Origin: Acaryochloridaceae cyanobacterium VAR_48_metabat_390
Lineage (GTDB): Bacteria > Cyanobacteriota > Cyanobacteriia > Thermosynechococcales > Thermosynechococcaceae
Reading direction: 5' to 3'
Length of the DNA stretch: 64,000 nucleotides
Assembly: GCA_031422435.1 (NCBI GenBank)
Contig: JANPLU010000068.1
Location: 1-64,000, forward strand
The translations under genes and the position numbers were made by a program. Below, piece after piece: positions 1 to 8,125 of the stretch. The notes beneath the pieces are model-generated. The model was not told the DNA's origin, did not search any database, and worked only from the letters and a program-made list of their open reading frames with translations. Every line of letters starts with the position of its first letter. Position 1 is the stretch's first letter.

Positions 1-61
1 GCTTTGCACAAGGACCAGAGGAGAAATTAGGGCTTTGGGGACGTTGGGTAGGCTTCACCAT
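1..61 (-). CDS. serC: Phosphoserine aminotransferase, 5' end only (runs off the window)
   Basis: Manual translation from CAT at 59-61: MVKPTQRPQSPNFSSGPCAK. The FSSGPCAK motif is typical of the Methanosarcina/alphaproteobacterial-type SerC N-terminus. Not in the ORF track. Confidence 0.8.
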   Translation of the reverse strand, partial: MVKPTQRPQSPNFSSGPCAK

Positions 62-116
62 AACAAGATTCAATCAGGTTAAAAATTCAGAACAAGCAGA
101 AAACAGGCTATTGATA

Positions 117-296
117 AGGATCATGGATTTAATAACCTCCAACATTGACCCTCACCCCAGCCCCTCTCCCAGAGCGGGAGAGGGGAGTAAGAATCTTGTC
201 CCCCTTCTCCCGCTCTGGGAGAAGGGGTTAGGGGATGAGGGAGTGCAAAGCACATCGCTTAAAACCAATTCTGTAAGTTATTTAATCCACGATCTT
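117..296. mobile_element. MITE-like element (~180 bp) with TA flanks and an internal C-rich/G-rich palindromic repeat
   Basis: Imperfect terminal IRs AGGATCATGGATTTAATAAC (117-136) / GTTATTTAATCCACGATCTT (277-296), 17/20 match. TA at 115-116 and 297-298. Internal CCCCTCTCCC..GGGAGAGGGG and CCCCTTCTCCC..GGGAGAAGGGG hairpins. Confidence 0.7.
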
Positions 297-376
297 TAGC
301 TTCACAATAAAACTAGATCTTCAGGGTGCCCAGTAATGGTTATGGCACCCTGAATTCATTGAGCAGAAGGTGGGAT

Positions 377-1732
377 ATGAGCTACGACTATGACTTGTTT
401 GTAATTGGGGCTGGCTCTGGCGGTATTGCTTCAGCACGCCGCGCCGCAGAATATGGTGCGAGAGTTGGCATTGTAGAATCTGGTCGGCTGGGGGGCACCT
501 GCGTGAATCGTGGTTGTGTGCCTAAAAAGCTGATGGTGTATGCTTCCCACTTTCCGGCTCAGTTTGAAGAGGCCCAAGGCTACGGCTGGAGCGCGGTTGA
601 AAGCACCCTTGATTGGAACCACATGGTTACGGCAGTCAATGGCGAAGTCACGCGACTCAACGGCATTTATCAGCGGATGCTCGATGGGTCTAAGGTTGAG
701 GTGTTTCGCGGGCATGGTCGTCTGGTAGATGCCCATACCATTGCGATTGGCGAGCAGACTATCACCGCAGAAAAAGTGCTGATTGCCGTAGGCGGCAAAC
801 CTGTAAGGCCAGACTTTCCAGGGGCAGAATATGCCATTACGTCGGACGATATTTTTACCCTGCCAGAACAGCCCAAACACTTGGTGGTGTTAGGGGGCGG
901 ATACATTGGCGTTGAGTTTGCCTGCATCCTCAAGGGGCTAGGCAGTGAAGTGACGCAAATTTTGCGATACACCCACATTTTGCGCGGGTTTGATGAAGAC
1001 ATCCGCAACGAAATTCAGGCGGGGATGAAGCATCACGGCATTCGGATTGTGCCCAATATGCGGCATATTGCGATCGCCAAAACTGACTCCGGAGTCGAAA
1101 TTACGGTCAAAACCGCAGACGGCGAAGAAGATCTCATTCTCGCCGATGCCGTGAGCTTAGCCGCCATTGGTCGCAAGCCCCTGCTCGAAAATCTGGGACT
1201 TGAAAATACCAAAGTTGAGATTGTAAACGGGGCGATCGCCGTAGACCGCCATAGCCAAACCGCCGAAGAAAATATCTACGCTGTGGGCGACTGTACTGAT
1301 CACATTAACTTAACGCCCGTTGCCATTAACGAAGGTCGCGCCTTTGCCGATACGCACTTTGGCAAAAAGCCGCGACAGATGAGCTACGACAATGTTGCCA
1401 CTGCCGTATTCTCTACCCCAGAAGCTGCCACCGTAGGGCTAACAGAAGAGGAAGCCCGCGCCCAGTATGGCGATGATGCCATTAAGGTCTACCGCAGCAA
1501 GTTTAGACCCATGTACTATGTGCTGCCAGGGAAAGAAGAAAAGACCCTCATGAAGCTGGTGGTGCAGATCGAAACCGATCGCGTTTTGGGTGCCCACATG
1601 GTGGGAGATCACGCGGGTGAGATTATTCAGGGGGTGGCGATCGCCCTCAAGATGGGAGCCACGAAAGCCCAGTTTGATGCAACCGTCGGCATTCACCCCA
1701 GCTCTGCCGAAGAATTTGTCACGATGCGCTGA
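377..1732 (+). CDS. gor: Glutathione-disulfide reductase
   Basis: GAGSGG FAD motif, GGTCVNRGCVPKK redox disulfide, C-terminal GIHPSSAEE. ATG at 377 chosen as start. Confidence 0.95.
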   Translation: MSYDYDLFVIGAGSGGIASARRAAEYGARVGIVESGRLGGTCVNRGCVPKKLMVYASHFPAQFEEAQGYGWSAVESTLDWNHMVTAVNGEVTRLNGIYQRMLDGSKVEVFRGHGRLVDAHTIAIGEQTITAEKVLIAVGGKPVRPDFPGAEYAITSDDIFTLPEQPKHLVVLGGGYIGVEFACILKGLGSEVTQILRYTHILRGFDEDIRNEIQAGMKHHGIRIVPNMRHIAIAKTDSGVEITVKTADGEEDLILADAVSLAAIGRKPLLENLGLENTKVEIVNGAIAVDRHSQTAEENIYAVGDCTDHINLTPVAINEGRAFADTHFGKKPRQMSYDNVATAVFSTPEAATVGLTEEEARAQYGDDAIKVYRSKFRPMYYVLPGKEEKTLMKLVVQIETDRVLGAHMVGDHAGEIIQGVAIALKMGATKAQFDATVGIHPSSAEEFVTMR

Positions 1733-1774
1733 GGCTGATCTTAGATCAAACATGTTTAATGGCTAATTTTTACG

Positions 1775-2359
1775 GTGTTTTCTGTGGAGCAGAGTGCTTT
1801 AACGCCAGCTTATGCTGCTACGGTTTTTGATGCTCAAGGGATTAGACAGACCGTAATCTTGGAACCAGCAAAACAGTCTGATATGAGTGGTTCTTGGGTG
1901 TGCGACTGGCATAATCTCTGGAAAATGACCAATTTTGAATGTGAGGCCGTCATTAAGCTTTCCTTTGATGGAAAAACGAAGGGATTGATGCGTTACGGTT
2001 TATATCCTTACGATGGAAACCCTTCAAAATCTCCTGAGTATATAGAGATACAGAATCTTGAGGCGCTTGAAGGGAATACTAGAGAAGTAAACCCAGTAGG
2101 GTTTTGGCTCATTTGGTATGCCGTTCAGGTTGGTCTGTTTATCTGCGATGGAGACTCTAACGGTTCAGTCATCACTTTGGATGCTTTCGAATATAGGCGC
2201 TCCTACTATAGAGATAAGGTTAAAATGGATGAACTTGGGCAGACCAGACTATCACCAAGCGAGGATGGATATGCTTACAGGTTTACGGAAGAAGGGGCAT
2301 TGGCGTTCTGCTCAAGACTTGAAGATCGCTATGGGTTCCCAGCCTGTCTTAGCAGATAG
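1775..2359 (+). CDS. Hypothetical protein, possibly GNAT-fold acetyltransferase
   Basis: 194-aa ORF. The pattern YIEIQNLE...VGFWLIWYA...ITLDA...SYY resembles GNAT motif A/B organisation (inference). Confidence 0.55.
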   Translation: MFSVEQSALTPAYAATVFDAQGIRQTVILEPAKQSDMSGSWVCDWHNLWKMTNFECEAVIKLSFDGKTKGLMRYGLYPYDGNPSKSPEYIEIQNLEALEGNTREVNPVGFWLIWYAVQVGLFICDGDSNGSVITLDAFEYRRSYYRDKVKMDELGQTRLSPSEDGYAYRFTEEGALAFCSRLEDRYGFPACLSR

Positions 2360-2524
2360 CGATTCATGCTGGGAAAGTTTTGATGACGATATCGTCGCAG
2401 GATCTGAGCACGATATGAATCCTGTTGAGAGATATGAGTTTGTTCAGAAAAGAACTTACGGCAGCGGTAAAACCTCTGAGCGCACTTGAAGTCGAACATT
2501 TGAGAAGGCTGGTAACGTTAGAGA

Positions 2525-5080
2525 ATGGCAAAACTTACGTTCTCTCACCTTGCAAGCCTTCTCTACAGCGCTTGCAACGATCTTCGCGGCAGTATGGATG
2601 CCAGCGAATACAAAGAATACATTTTTGGCATGCTGTTTCTCAAGCGTGCTAACGATTTATTTGATCAGCGGCAGGCCGAGATTAGGGCTGAAAAAGCTGC
2701 TCAAGGTATGAGCGAGGCAGATATTGTCATTGAGTTGATTGACCGTGACAATTATTCCGGCAAGTATTTTTGGGTGCCGGAACGGGCGCGTTGGAATCAG
2801 GGTTGGGTTGAGCATGTTATTAAAGATGGCGAACCCAAGACAATCCATCATCCGGCGTTGAAACACGTTAAGGAAGAGGTTGGCAGCACCTTAAATAAGG
2901 CGCTTGAGGCCATTGAAGATGCCAATGTTGAAGCCCTACAAGACGTGTTAAAGGGCATCAACTTTAACCGCAAGATTGGTCAACGGACGTTGGACAATGA
3001 CACGCTGGCTGACTTTATCCAGAATTTTGAGAAGATTCCGCTCAAGGATGAGGATTTTGAGTTCCCAGATTTGTTGGGTGCTGCCTACGAATGGCTGATT
3101 AAGTTTTTTGCAGATTCTGCGGGCAAAAAGGCGGGGGAATTTTATACCCCTGCGGAAGTGGTGCGGATTTGTGTAGAAATCTGTGACCCCAAAAAAGGTA
3201 TGCGAGTATATGACCCAACGGTTGGGTCGGGCGGTATGTTGATTCAGGTACGGGACTATCTGCGCGAGTGCGGTAGCTCTGGCGAAGTGGGGCTGTTTGG
3301 TCAGGAGAAGATTGGCACCACCTGGTCGATTTGCAAGATGAATATGCTGCTGCACGGCATTTCTGACGCGGATATTCGTCAAGAAGATACGCTCAGAGAG
3401 CCTCAGCATTTGGATGAGAATAACAATCTCAGGCGGTTTGAGCGTGTGCTGGCAAATCCGCCGTTTAGCCAAAATTACATCAAAAAAGATCTCAAGTTTT
3501 CGGGGCGCTTTCCGGTGATGATGCCAGAGAAAGGCAACAAGGCTGACCTGATGTTTGTGCAGCACATGCTGTCTGTGCTGAAGCATGATGGACGATTGGC
3601 AACGGTAATGCCCCACGGGGTGCTGTTTCGCGGTGGTGAGGAACGGGCTGCACGCAAGCACTTTATTGAACAGGGCTATCTAGAGGCCATTATTGGTCTG
3701 CCCAGCAATTTATTTTATGGCACGGGCATTCCGGCCTGTATTTTGGTGATGAATAAGCAGGGTGCGGCAACCCGCGACCATGTGCTGTTTATCAATGCCG
3801 ATCGCGAGTATCGAGAAGGGAAGGCGCAAAATCATCTGCGGCCTGAAGATATTGACAAGATTGTCCACGCCTATCGGTCTGGGGTAGACATACCTGCCTA
3901 TGCGCGGCGGGTGCCTGTGGCAGAAATTGCGGCGGAGGACTACAACTGCAACATTCGGCGCTATGTCGATAATGCACCGCCACCGGAACCGCAGGATGTG
4001 CGCGCTCATCTTCATGGCGGGGTGCCTGTTGCTGAGGTTGATACCCTCACCCATTTCTGGGACAACTATGCAGAGCTACGACAAGACTGCTTTACGGTGC
4101 GCGACCCATCCCAACTGGACGCGGATCGCTTTGTAGATATTGCCCCTGCTATTAGCAATAAGCGCAATATTGCAGATTTTGTGACGCAGCACAGTGGCGT
4201 GGTGGCGCGGCATGGGCATTTTATGCAGCAGCTAGAGGACTGGTGGCAGGCAAATTTGCCTATTGTGGAGGCGCTGGCACCAGACCCAAAAAACCAGCAT
4301 GAGCAGTCTGGCAATGTGTACCGAATGCGGAGCCATTTGCTGGAGAGCATTGCGAAGGTTTTGGCGGATCAGACGCTTTTAACGCCGTTTCAGGTGCGGG
4401 GGGCGTTTGCGAACTATGTGGATGTGCTGAAGGCGGATTTTAAGTCTATTGCAGCGAGTGGCTGGGGGGCTGAGCTGATACCCGATGAGGAGATTTTGCG
4501 GAGTCAGTTCCCTGATGTACTAGAGGAGATGAAGCTGGCGCAGGTGCGGCTGACGGAGCTACAGGCGCTATTTGCGGCGGCGGATGAGGAGGATTTTGAA
4601 GATACGGATGACTGTGGGGTGATGGCGAGTGATGTGGTTAAGAGCAAGAAGGCTGAGCTGAAGGCGGCGAGGGGGCAGGCAAGGCTGTGCAAGCGCGACC
4701 CGAGTTTGGGGGACTGGACGAAGTATCAGTTTATGGCAGAGCAGTTGGAGGGGCAGTTGGCTCGCCACAAGCTGCTAGAGGATGAGGTGAGGGCGCTGAG
4801 GGCGACGATTAAGGGGGTTGAGAATAAGCGGGATGAGCTGGTGGCAAGGGCGCGACTAAAAATCTCGAAGGATGAGGCGCGAATGGTGATTGTTGCGCGG
4901 CTGCGTCGGGTGCTGATGGAGACCTATGAGGCTTATCTACGGGCGGATCAACGGGCTTGTGTAAGGGCGATCGCAAATCTATGGAGCAAGTACGCGGTAA
5001 CGACGAAGACGATTGAGGCGGAGCGGGATGCGGCTTCGGCGCAGTTGAAGGCGTTTTTGGTGGAGTTGGGGTATGAGTGA
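2525..5080 (+). CDS. hsdM: Type I RM modification subunit (long, 851 aa)
   Basis: [22 protein letters not shown]-terminus, [18 protein letters not shown] motif I, NPPF motif IV, extended helical C-terminus. Confidence 0.95.
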   Translation: MAKLTFSHLASLLYSACNDLRGSMDASEYKEYIFGMLFLKRANDLFDQRQAEIRAEKAAQGMSEADIVIELIDRDNYSGKYFWVPERARWNQGWVEHVIKDGEPKTIHHPALKHVKEEVGSTLNKALEAIEDANVEALQDVLKGINFNRKIGQRTLDNDTLADFIQNFEKIPLKDEDFEFPDLLGAAYEWLIKFFADSAGKKAGEFYTPAEVVRICVEICDPKKGMRVYDPTVGSGGMLIQVRDYLRECGSSGEVGLFGQEKIGTTWSICKMNMLLHGISDADIRQEDTLREPQHLDENNNLRRFERVLANPPFSQNYIKKDLKFSGRFPVMMPEKGNKADLMFVQHMLSVLKHDGRLATVMPHGVLFRGGEERAARKHFIEQGYLEAIIGLPSNLFYGTGIPACILVMNKQGAATRDHVLFINADREYREGKAQNHLRPEDIDKIVHAYRSGVDIPAYARRVPVAEIAAEDYNCNIRRYVDNAPPPEPQDVRAHLHGGVPVAEVDTLTHFWDNYAELRQDCFTVRDPSQLDADRFVDIAPAISNKRNIADFVTQHSGVVARHGHFMQQLEDWWQANLPIVEALAPDPKNQHEQSGNVYRMRSHLLESIAKVLADQTLLTPFQVRGAFANYVDVLKADFKSIAASGWGAELIPDEEILRSQFPDVLEEMKLAQVRLTELQALFAAADEEDFEDTDDCGVMASDVVKSKKAELKAARGQARLCKRDPSLGDWTKYQFMAEQLEGQLARHKLLEDEVRALRATIKGVENKRDELVARARLKISKDEARMVIVARLRRVLMETYEAYLRADQRACVRAIANLWSKYAVTTKTIEAERDAASAQLKAFLVELGYE

Positions 5081-6353
5081 GTGGATTGATGCAACGGTTG
5101 CTGATGTAACTAAGTACCAAAAGGCTGGAGGAACTCCTGTTGCCACAAATCCTGATTACTATGGTGGAGATATCCCGTTTGTAGTCATTGAGGACATCAC
5201 AAAAAGTTCACGTTTTTTAGAAAAAACTGAAAATACTCTTAGCGGTCAAGGTCTTTTAAATAGTGCTGCATGGCTTATCCAAGAACCTCATATCTTGTAT
5301 TCAATGTATGCGACTGTAGGCAAGCCAATAATCAACAAGATTGCATGTGCGACAAACCAAGCAATAATTGCCCTTAAAGAAAATGAGCTAGTTGATCAAG
5401 AATTTCTTTACTATCAACTTCTTTTTATAAAGCCATCAGTACACAAATTTACTGCTCAAACAACTCAGTCAAACCTGAATGCTGGTGTTGTCAAACGGTT
5501 GCCTATTACATACCCAAAAAATAAGGCCACGCAAAGAAAAATTGTTGAAATTCTCTCAACCATTGACCAAACGATCGCCCATACTGAAGCCCTCATCCAG
5601 AAATATCAGCAAATCAAAGCGGGGTTAATGCACGACCTGTTTACCCGTGGCATAACCTCCGATGGTCAGCTCAGACCCCCCAGAGAACAAGCCCCAGAAC
5701 TTTATGGAGAGACGGCGATCGGTTGGATTCCGAGGGAGTGGGATATTATTCCGTTAGGTCGCATTTCTGACATAACATCAGGGGTAACTCTTTCATCAAA
5801 AATTTCACTCGATCAAACGTTTTCAGTTCCATATCTAAGAGTTGCAAATGTACAAGATGGATATTTAGATTTAAGCGAAATTAAAGAGATAAAAGTAAGT
5901 CAGAATACTCTTCAAAATTTGCGTCTAGAAACTGGCGATGTCTTAATGAACGAAGGCGGAGATTTTGACAAACTTGGAAGGGGAACCGTCTGGCAAGGTG
6001 AAATTGAAAACTGTATTCACCAAAACCACGTATTTCGAGTCCGAACAGACAGACTACTACTCAGACCGTTTTATCTTGCTTACTGGTCTGAGTCAGACTT
6101 TGGAAAAAGATACTTTATTTTAAGTTCAAAACAGTCAACAAACTTAGCATCAATCAACTCTACTCAATTAAAAGCATATCCAATCGCTACTCCAAACCAA
6201 GAAGAACAAGAAAGAATAGAAAATAGAATCAATTCAGCTAATAACAAAATTAAAAATCTGAAAACAGAAATAGAAAAGCTCCAAAAACAAAAATCTGGCC
6301 TAATGCAAGACCTCCTCACTGGCAAAGTTCCCGTCACCATCAGCGAATCGTAA
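5073..6353 (+). CDS. hsdS: Type I RM specificity subunit (two TRDs)
   Basis: Overlaps the hsdM stop (ATGAGTGA). Conserved helical spacers [12 protein letters not shown]...GWIPREW and [13 protein letters not shown]. Confidence 0.95.
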   Translation: MSEWIDATVADVTKYQKAGGTPVATNPDYYGGDIPFVVIEDITKSSRFLEKTENTLSGQGLLNSAAWLIQEPHILYSMYATVGKPIINKIACATNQAIIALKENELVDQEFLYYQLLFIKPSVHKFTAQTTQSNLNAGVVKRLPITYPKNKATQRKIVEILSTIDQTIAHTEALIQKYQQIKAGLMHDLFTRGITSDGQLRPPREQAPELYGETAIGWIPREWDIIPLGRISDITSGVTLSSKISLDQTFSVPYLRVANVQDGYLDLSEIKEIKVSQNTLQNLRLETGDVLMNEGGDFDKLGRGTVWQGEIENCIHQNHVFRVRTDRLLLRPFYLAYWSESDFGKRYFILSSKQSTNLASINSTQLKAYPIATPNQEEQERIENRINSANNKIKNLKTEIEKLQKQKSGLMQDLLTGKVPVTISES

Positions 6354-6451
6354 AGCGCAGGCATAGCAGAAGCTAGCGGTGGCATCCAATTAGCCCACCC
6401 ATCTAATCAAGAAGTAGAATAGGTTTAATCTCTCTCCCCGTGTTTTGAGCA

Positions 6452-6727
6452 ATGGACGCAACCACTATAGAACGACAAAACCTAATTCAAGCCGTCGGCA
6501 CCCTACCCGACGAAAATCTTCCTGAGCTTGCCAGTTTTCTAGACTATCTTCGCTACAAATCAGATCGCTCAAAAGCACCTGACCAAAGTGCCTCCAGCTT
6601 TTTATATGCAATAGCAGGCTTAGGTAGCTCTGGACAGCAAGACATTTCAGAGCGCGACGAAGAGATCCTACTTCAAGACATCGATCCCATTTATGGCTGG
6701 CAGCTTAAATCGAGCAATCCTGCATGA
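6452..6727 (+). CDS. Putative antitoxin (partner of the truncated PIN toxin)
   Basis: 91 aa with LPDENLPELASFLDYLRYK and IAGLGSSGQQDISERDEEIL, resembling cyanobacterial VapB-type antitoxins. Its stop overlaps the ATG of a PIN-like start. Confidence 0.6.
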   Translation: MDATTIERQNLIQAVGTLPDENLPELASFLDYLRYKSDRSKAPDQSASSFLYAIAGLGSSGQQDISERDEEILLQDIDPIYGWQLKSSNPA

Positions 6728-6792
6728 CCGCAATACTCGACACCAGTTTCTTAATCTCATTTCCACGGAGCGACAGTCTATGGCGAAATTAA
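6724..6792 (+). pseudogene. Truncated PIN-domain (VapC) toxin N-terminus
   Basis: ATGA-coupled to the upstream ORF. Translates MTAILDTSFLISFPRSDSLWRN*; ILDTSFL is the first PIN beta strand with its catalytic Asp. Confidence 0.6.
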
Positions 6793-7013
6793 TTGTGCGA
6801 AACATTCATGAAGCCGTTATCAAAGCCCTCAAAATGCGGACAAGTCAGCATGGTGTTAGTGCAGAAGCAGAGCATCGCAAAATTTTGGAACAAGCATTGC
6901 TCAAACCTCAGCGAAAGTCTTTTGCAGAAGTCTTGAGCCAGATCCCCAACGTTGGCAATGATGCAGACTTTGAGCGAATCCAAGACGACAGAGCCAGCAA
7001 TGAATTTGATTGA
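6780..7013 (+). CDS. FitA/StbC-like ribbon-helix-helix antitoxin
   Basis: MAKLIVRNIHEAVIKALKMRTSQHGVSAEAEHRKILEQAL is a typical FitA-like RHH sequence. Confidence 0.85.
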   Translation: MAKLIVRNIHEAVIKALKMRTSQHGVSAEAEHRKILEQALLKPQRKSFAEVLSQIPNVGNDADFERIQDDRASNEFD

Positions 7014-7416
7014 TACCAACGTCATCAGCGAACTTCGCAAAAAAGACAAAGCCAACCCTGGCGTTAAGCAATTTTTTAAGCAAAATGCTGAGCGTAAAGC
7101 CCACCTATTTATCAGCGTTATCACTATCGGAGAACTGCGCCGAGGCGTTGAAATTATTCGGTATCGGGGCGATCAGCTACAAGCCGATATCCTAGAAGCC
7201 TGGTTACAGACCGTATTGGATGACTACGCTAACCATATTCTAGAATTCACGGCAATTGACTCCCAAATTTGGGGGAGGCTGCGCGTCCCGCATCCTGAAA
7301 ATGCCCTAGACAAGCAAATTGCCGCCACTGCACTTACCTGCGCCTTAACCCTAGTTACCCGAAATATAAGTGATTTTGTAAGCACAGGGGTTCCACTCAT
7401 CAACCCATTTGATTGA
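7000..7416 (+). CDS. vapC: VapC/FitB PIN-domain toxin
   Basis: LIDTNVISELRK, ISVITIGELRRG, DKQIAATA, LVTRNISDF motifs. Overlaps the antitoxin. Confidence 0.9.
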   Translation: MNLIDTNVISELRKKDKANPGVKQFFKQNAERKAHLFISVITIGELRRGVEIIRYRGDQLQADILEAWLQTVLDDYANHILEFTAIDSQIWGRLRVPHPENALDKQIAATALTCALTLVTRNISDFVSTGVPLINPFD

Positions 7417-7453
7417 TATTGTAATCTGGAAGCTAAAAGTTACAAACGAGGCT

Positions 7454-7470
7454 ATTATACAAAGTATAAT
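7454..7470 (+). promoter_or_regulatory. Palindromic operator overlapping the -10 box of mazEF
   Basis: ATTATAC-aaa-GTATAAT perfect 7-bp IR containing TATAAT, ending 18 bp upstream of the mazE ATG. Confidence 0.6.
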
Positions 7471-7487
7471 TCTAGTCCAGGTAGCTT

Positions 7488-7739
7488 ATGGATATCCAAC
7501 TCAAAAAATGGGGCAACAGCTTAGGGCTGCGGATTCCCCACCAACTTGCCAATAGCCTAGGCGTAGATGAAACATCAACCCTAGAACTCCTCGAAGTCGA
7601 GAACACCCTCGTACTCCGCAAAAAACAAACGCCCATCACCCTAGATGAAATATTAGAGAGCATCCCAAAGGATTTTCAATATCCAACGGACGTACAAGAC
7701 TTTGTTAACAGTTCAGCCATAGGGCAAGAACTGCTCTAG
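7488..7739 (+). CDS. mazE: AbrB/MazE family antitoxin
   Basis: KKWGNSLGLRIP signature. Confidence 0.9.
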   Translation: MDIQLKKWGNSLGLRIPHQLANSLGVDETSTLELLEVENTLVLRKKQTPITLDEILESIPKDFQYPTDVQDFVNSSAIGQELL

Positions 7740-7759
7740 CTAGCGGAACCGAGCAAACC

Positions 7760-8098
7760 ATGAATATCCAGCGCGGAGAAATTATCCGCATCAACTTAAA
7801 GCCCACCACTGGCAGAGAGCAAACCGGAGAAGCGCGCCCCTGTCTAGTTTTAAGTCACACTCAGTTTAACCAAGTCAGAAATGGCATCGTCATTGTTTCC
7901 CCCATTACCAGCACCATAAAGCCCGAAATCAAAACCCTCATTTCCATCCCTGACGGCTTTAAGATATACGGCTCCGTCATTGCCGAACAAATCCGCACCT
8001 TAGATCTCAGTCAACGCTGGTGGAAAAGCACAGGAGAACATCTGCCAACGGAATTTATAGACGCTGTAGTTGCCACATTGAATCTTCTGATTGCCTGA
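7760..8098 (+). CDS. mazF: PemK/MazF family toxin
   Basis: RGEII..L.PTTGREQ...RPCLVLS, SPITS, EQIRTLD motifs. Confidence 0.9.
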   Translation: MNIQRGEIIRINLKPTTGREQTGEARPCLVLSHTQFNQVRNGIVIVSPITSTIKPEIKTLISIPDGFKIYGSVIAEQIRTLDLSQRWWKSTGEHLPTEFIDAVVATLNLLIA

Positions 8099-8125
8099 GA
8101 CGCACCGCTGACAAATGAGTTGCCC

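Noticed and set aside
111..299. 62-aa ORF (PHPSPSPRAGEG..)
   Set aside because: It is simply the translation of the MITE-like repeat, as is ORF 22349-22561.
2948..3661. 237-aa antisense ORF, and similar shadow ORFs across the window
   Set aside because: They lie opposite well-supported genes and show no recognisable motifs.
6693..6999. Longer ORF-track starts for fitA (6693) and vapC (6952)
   Set aside because: The family motifs begin at ATG 6780 and ATG 7000, and the extensions overlap neighbouring genes.
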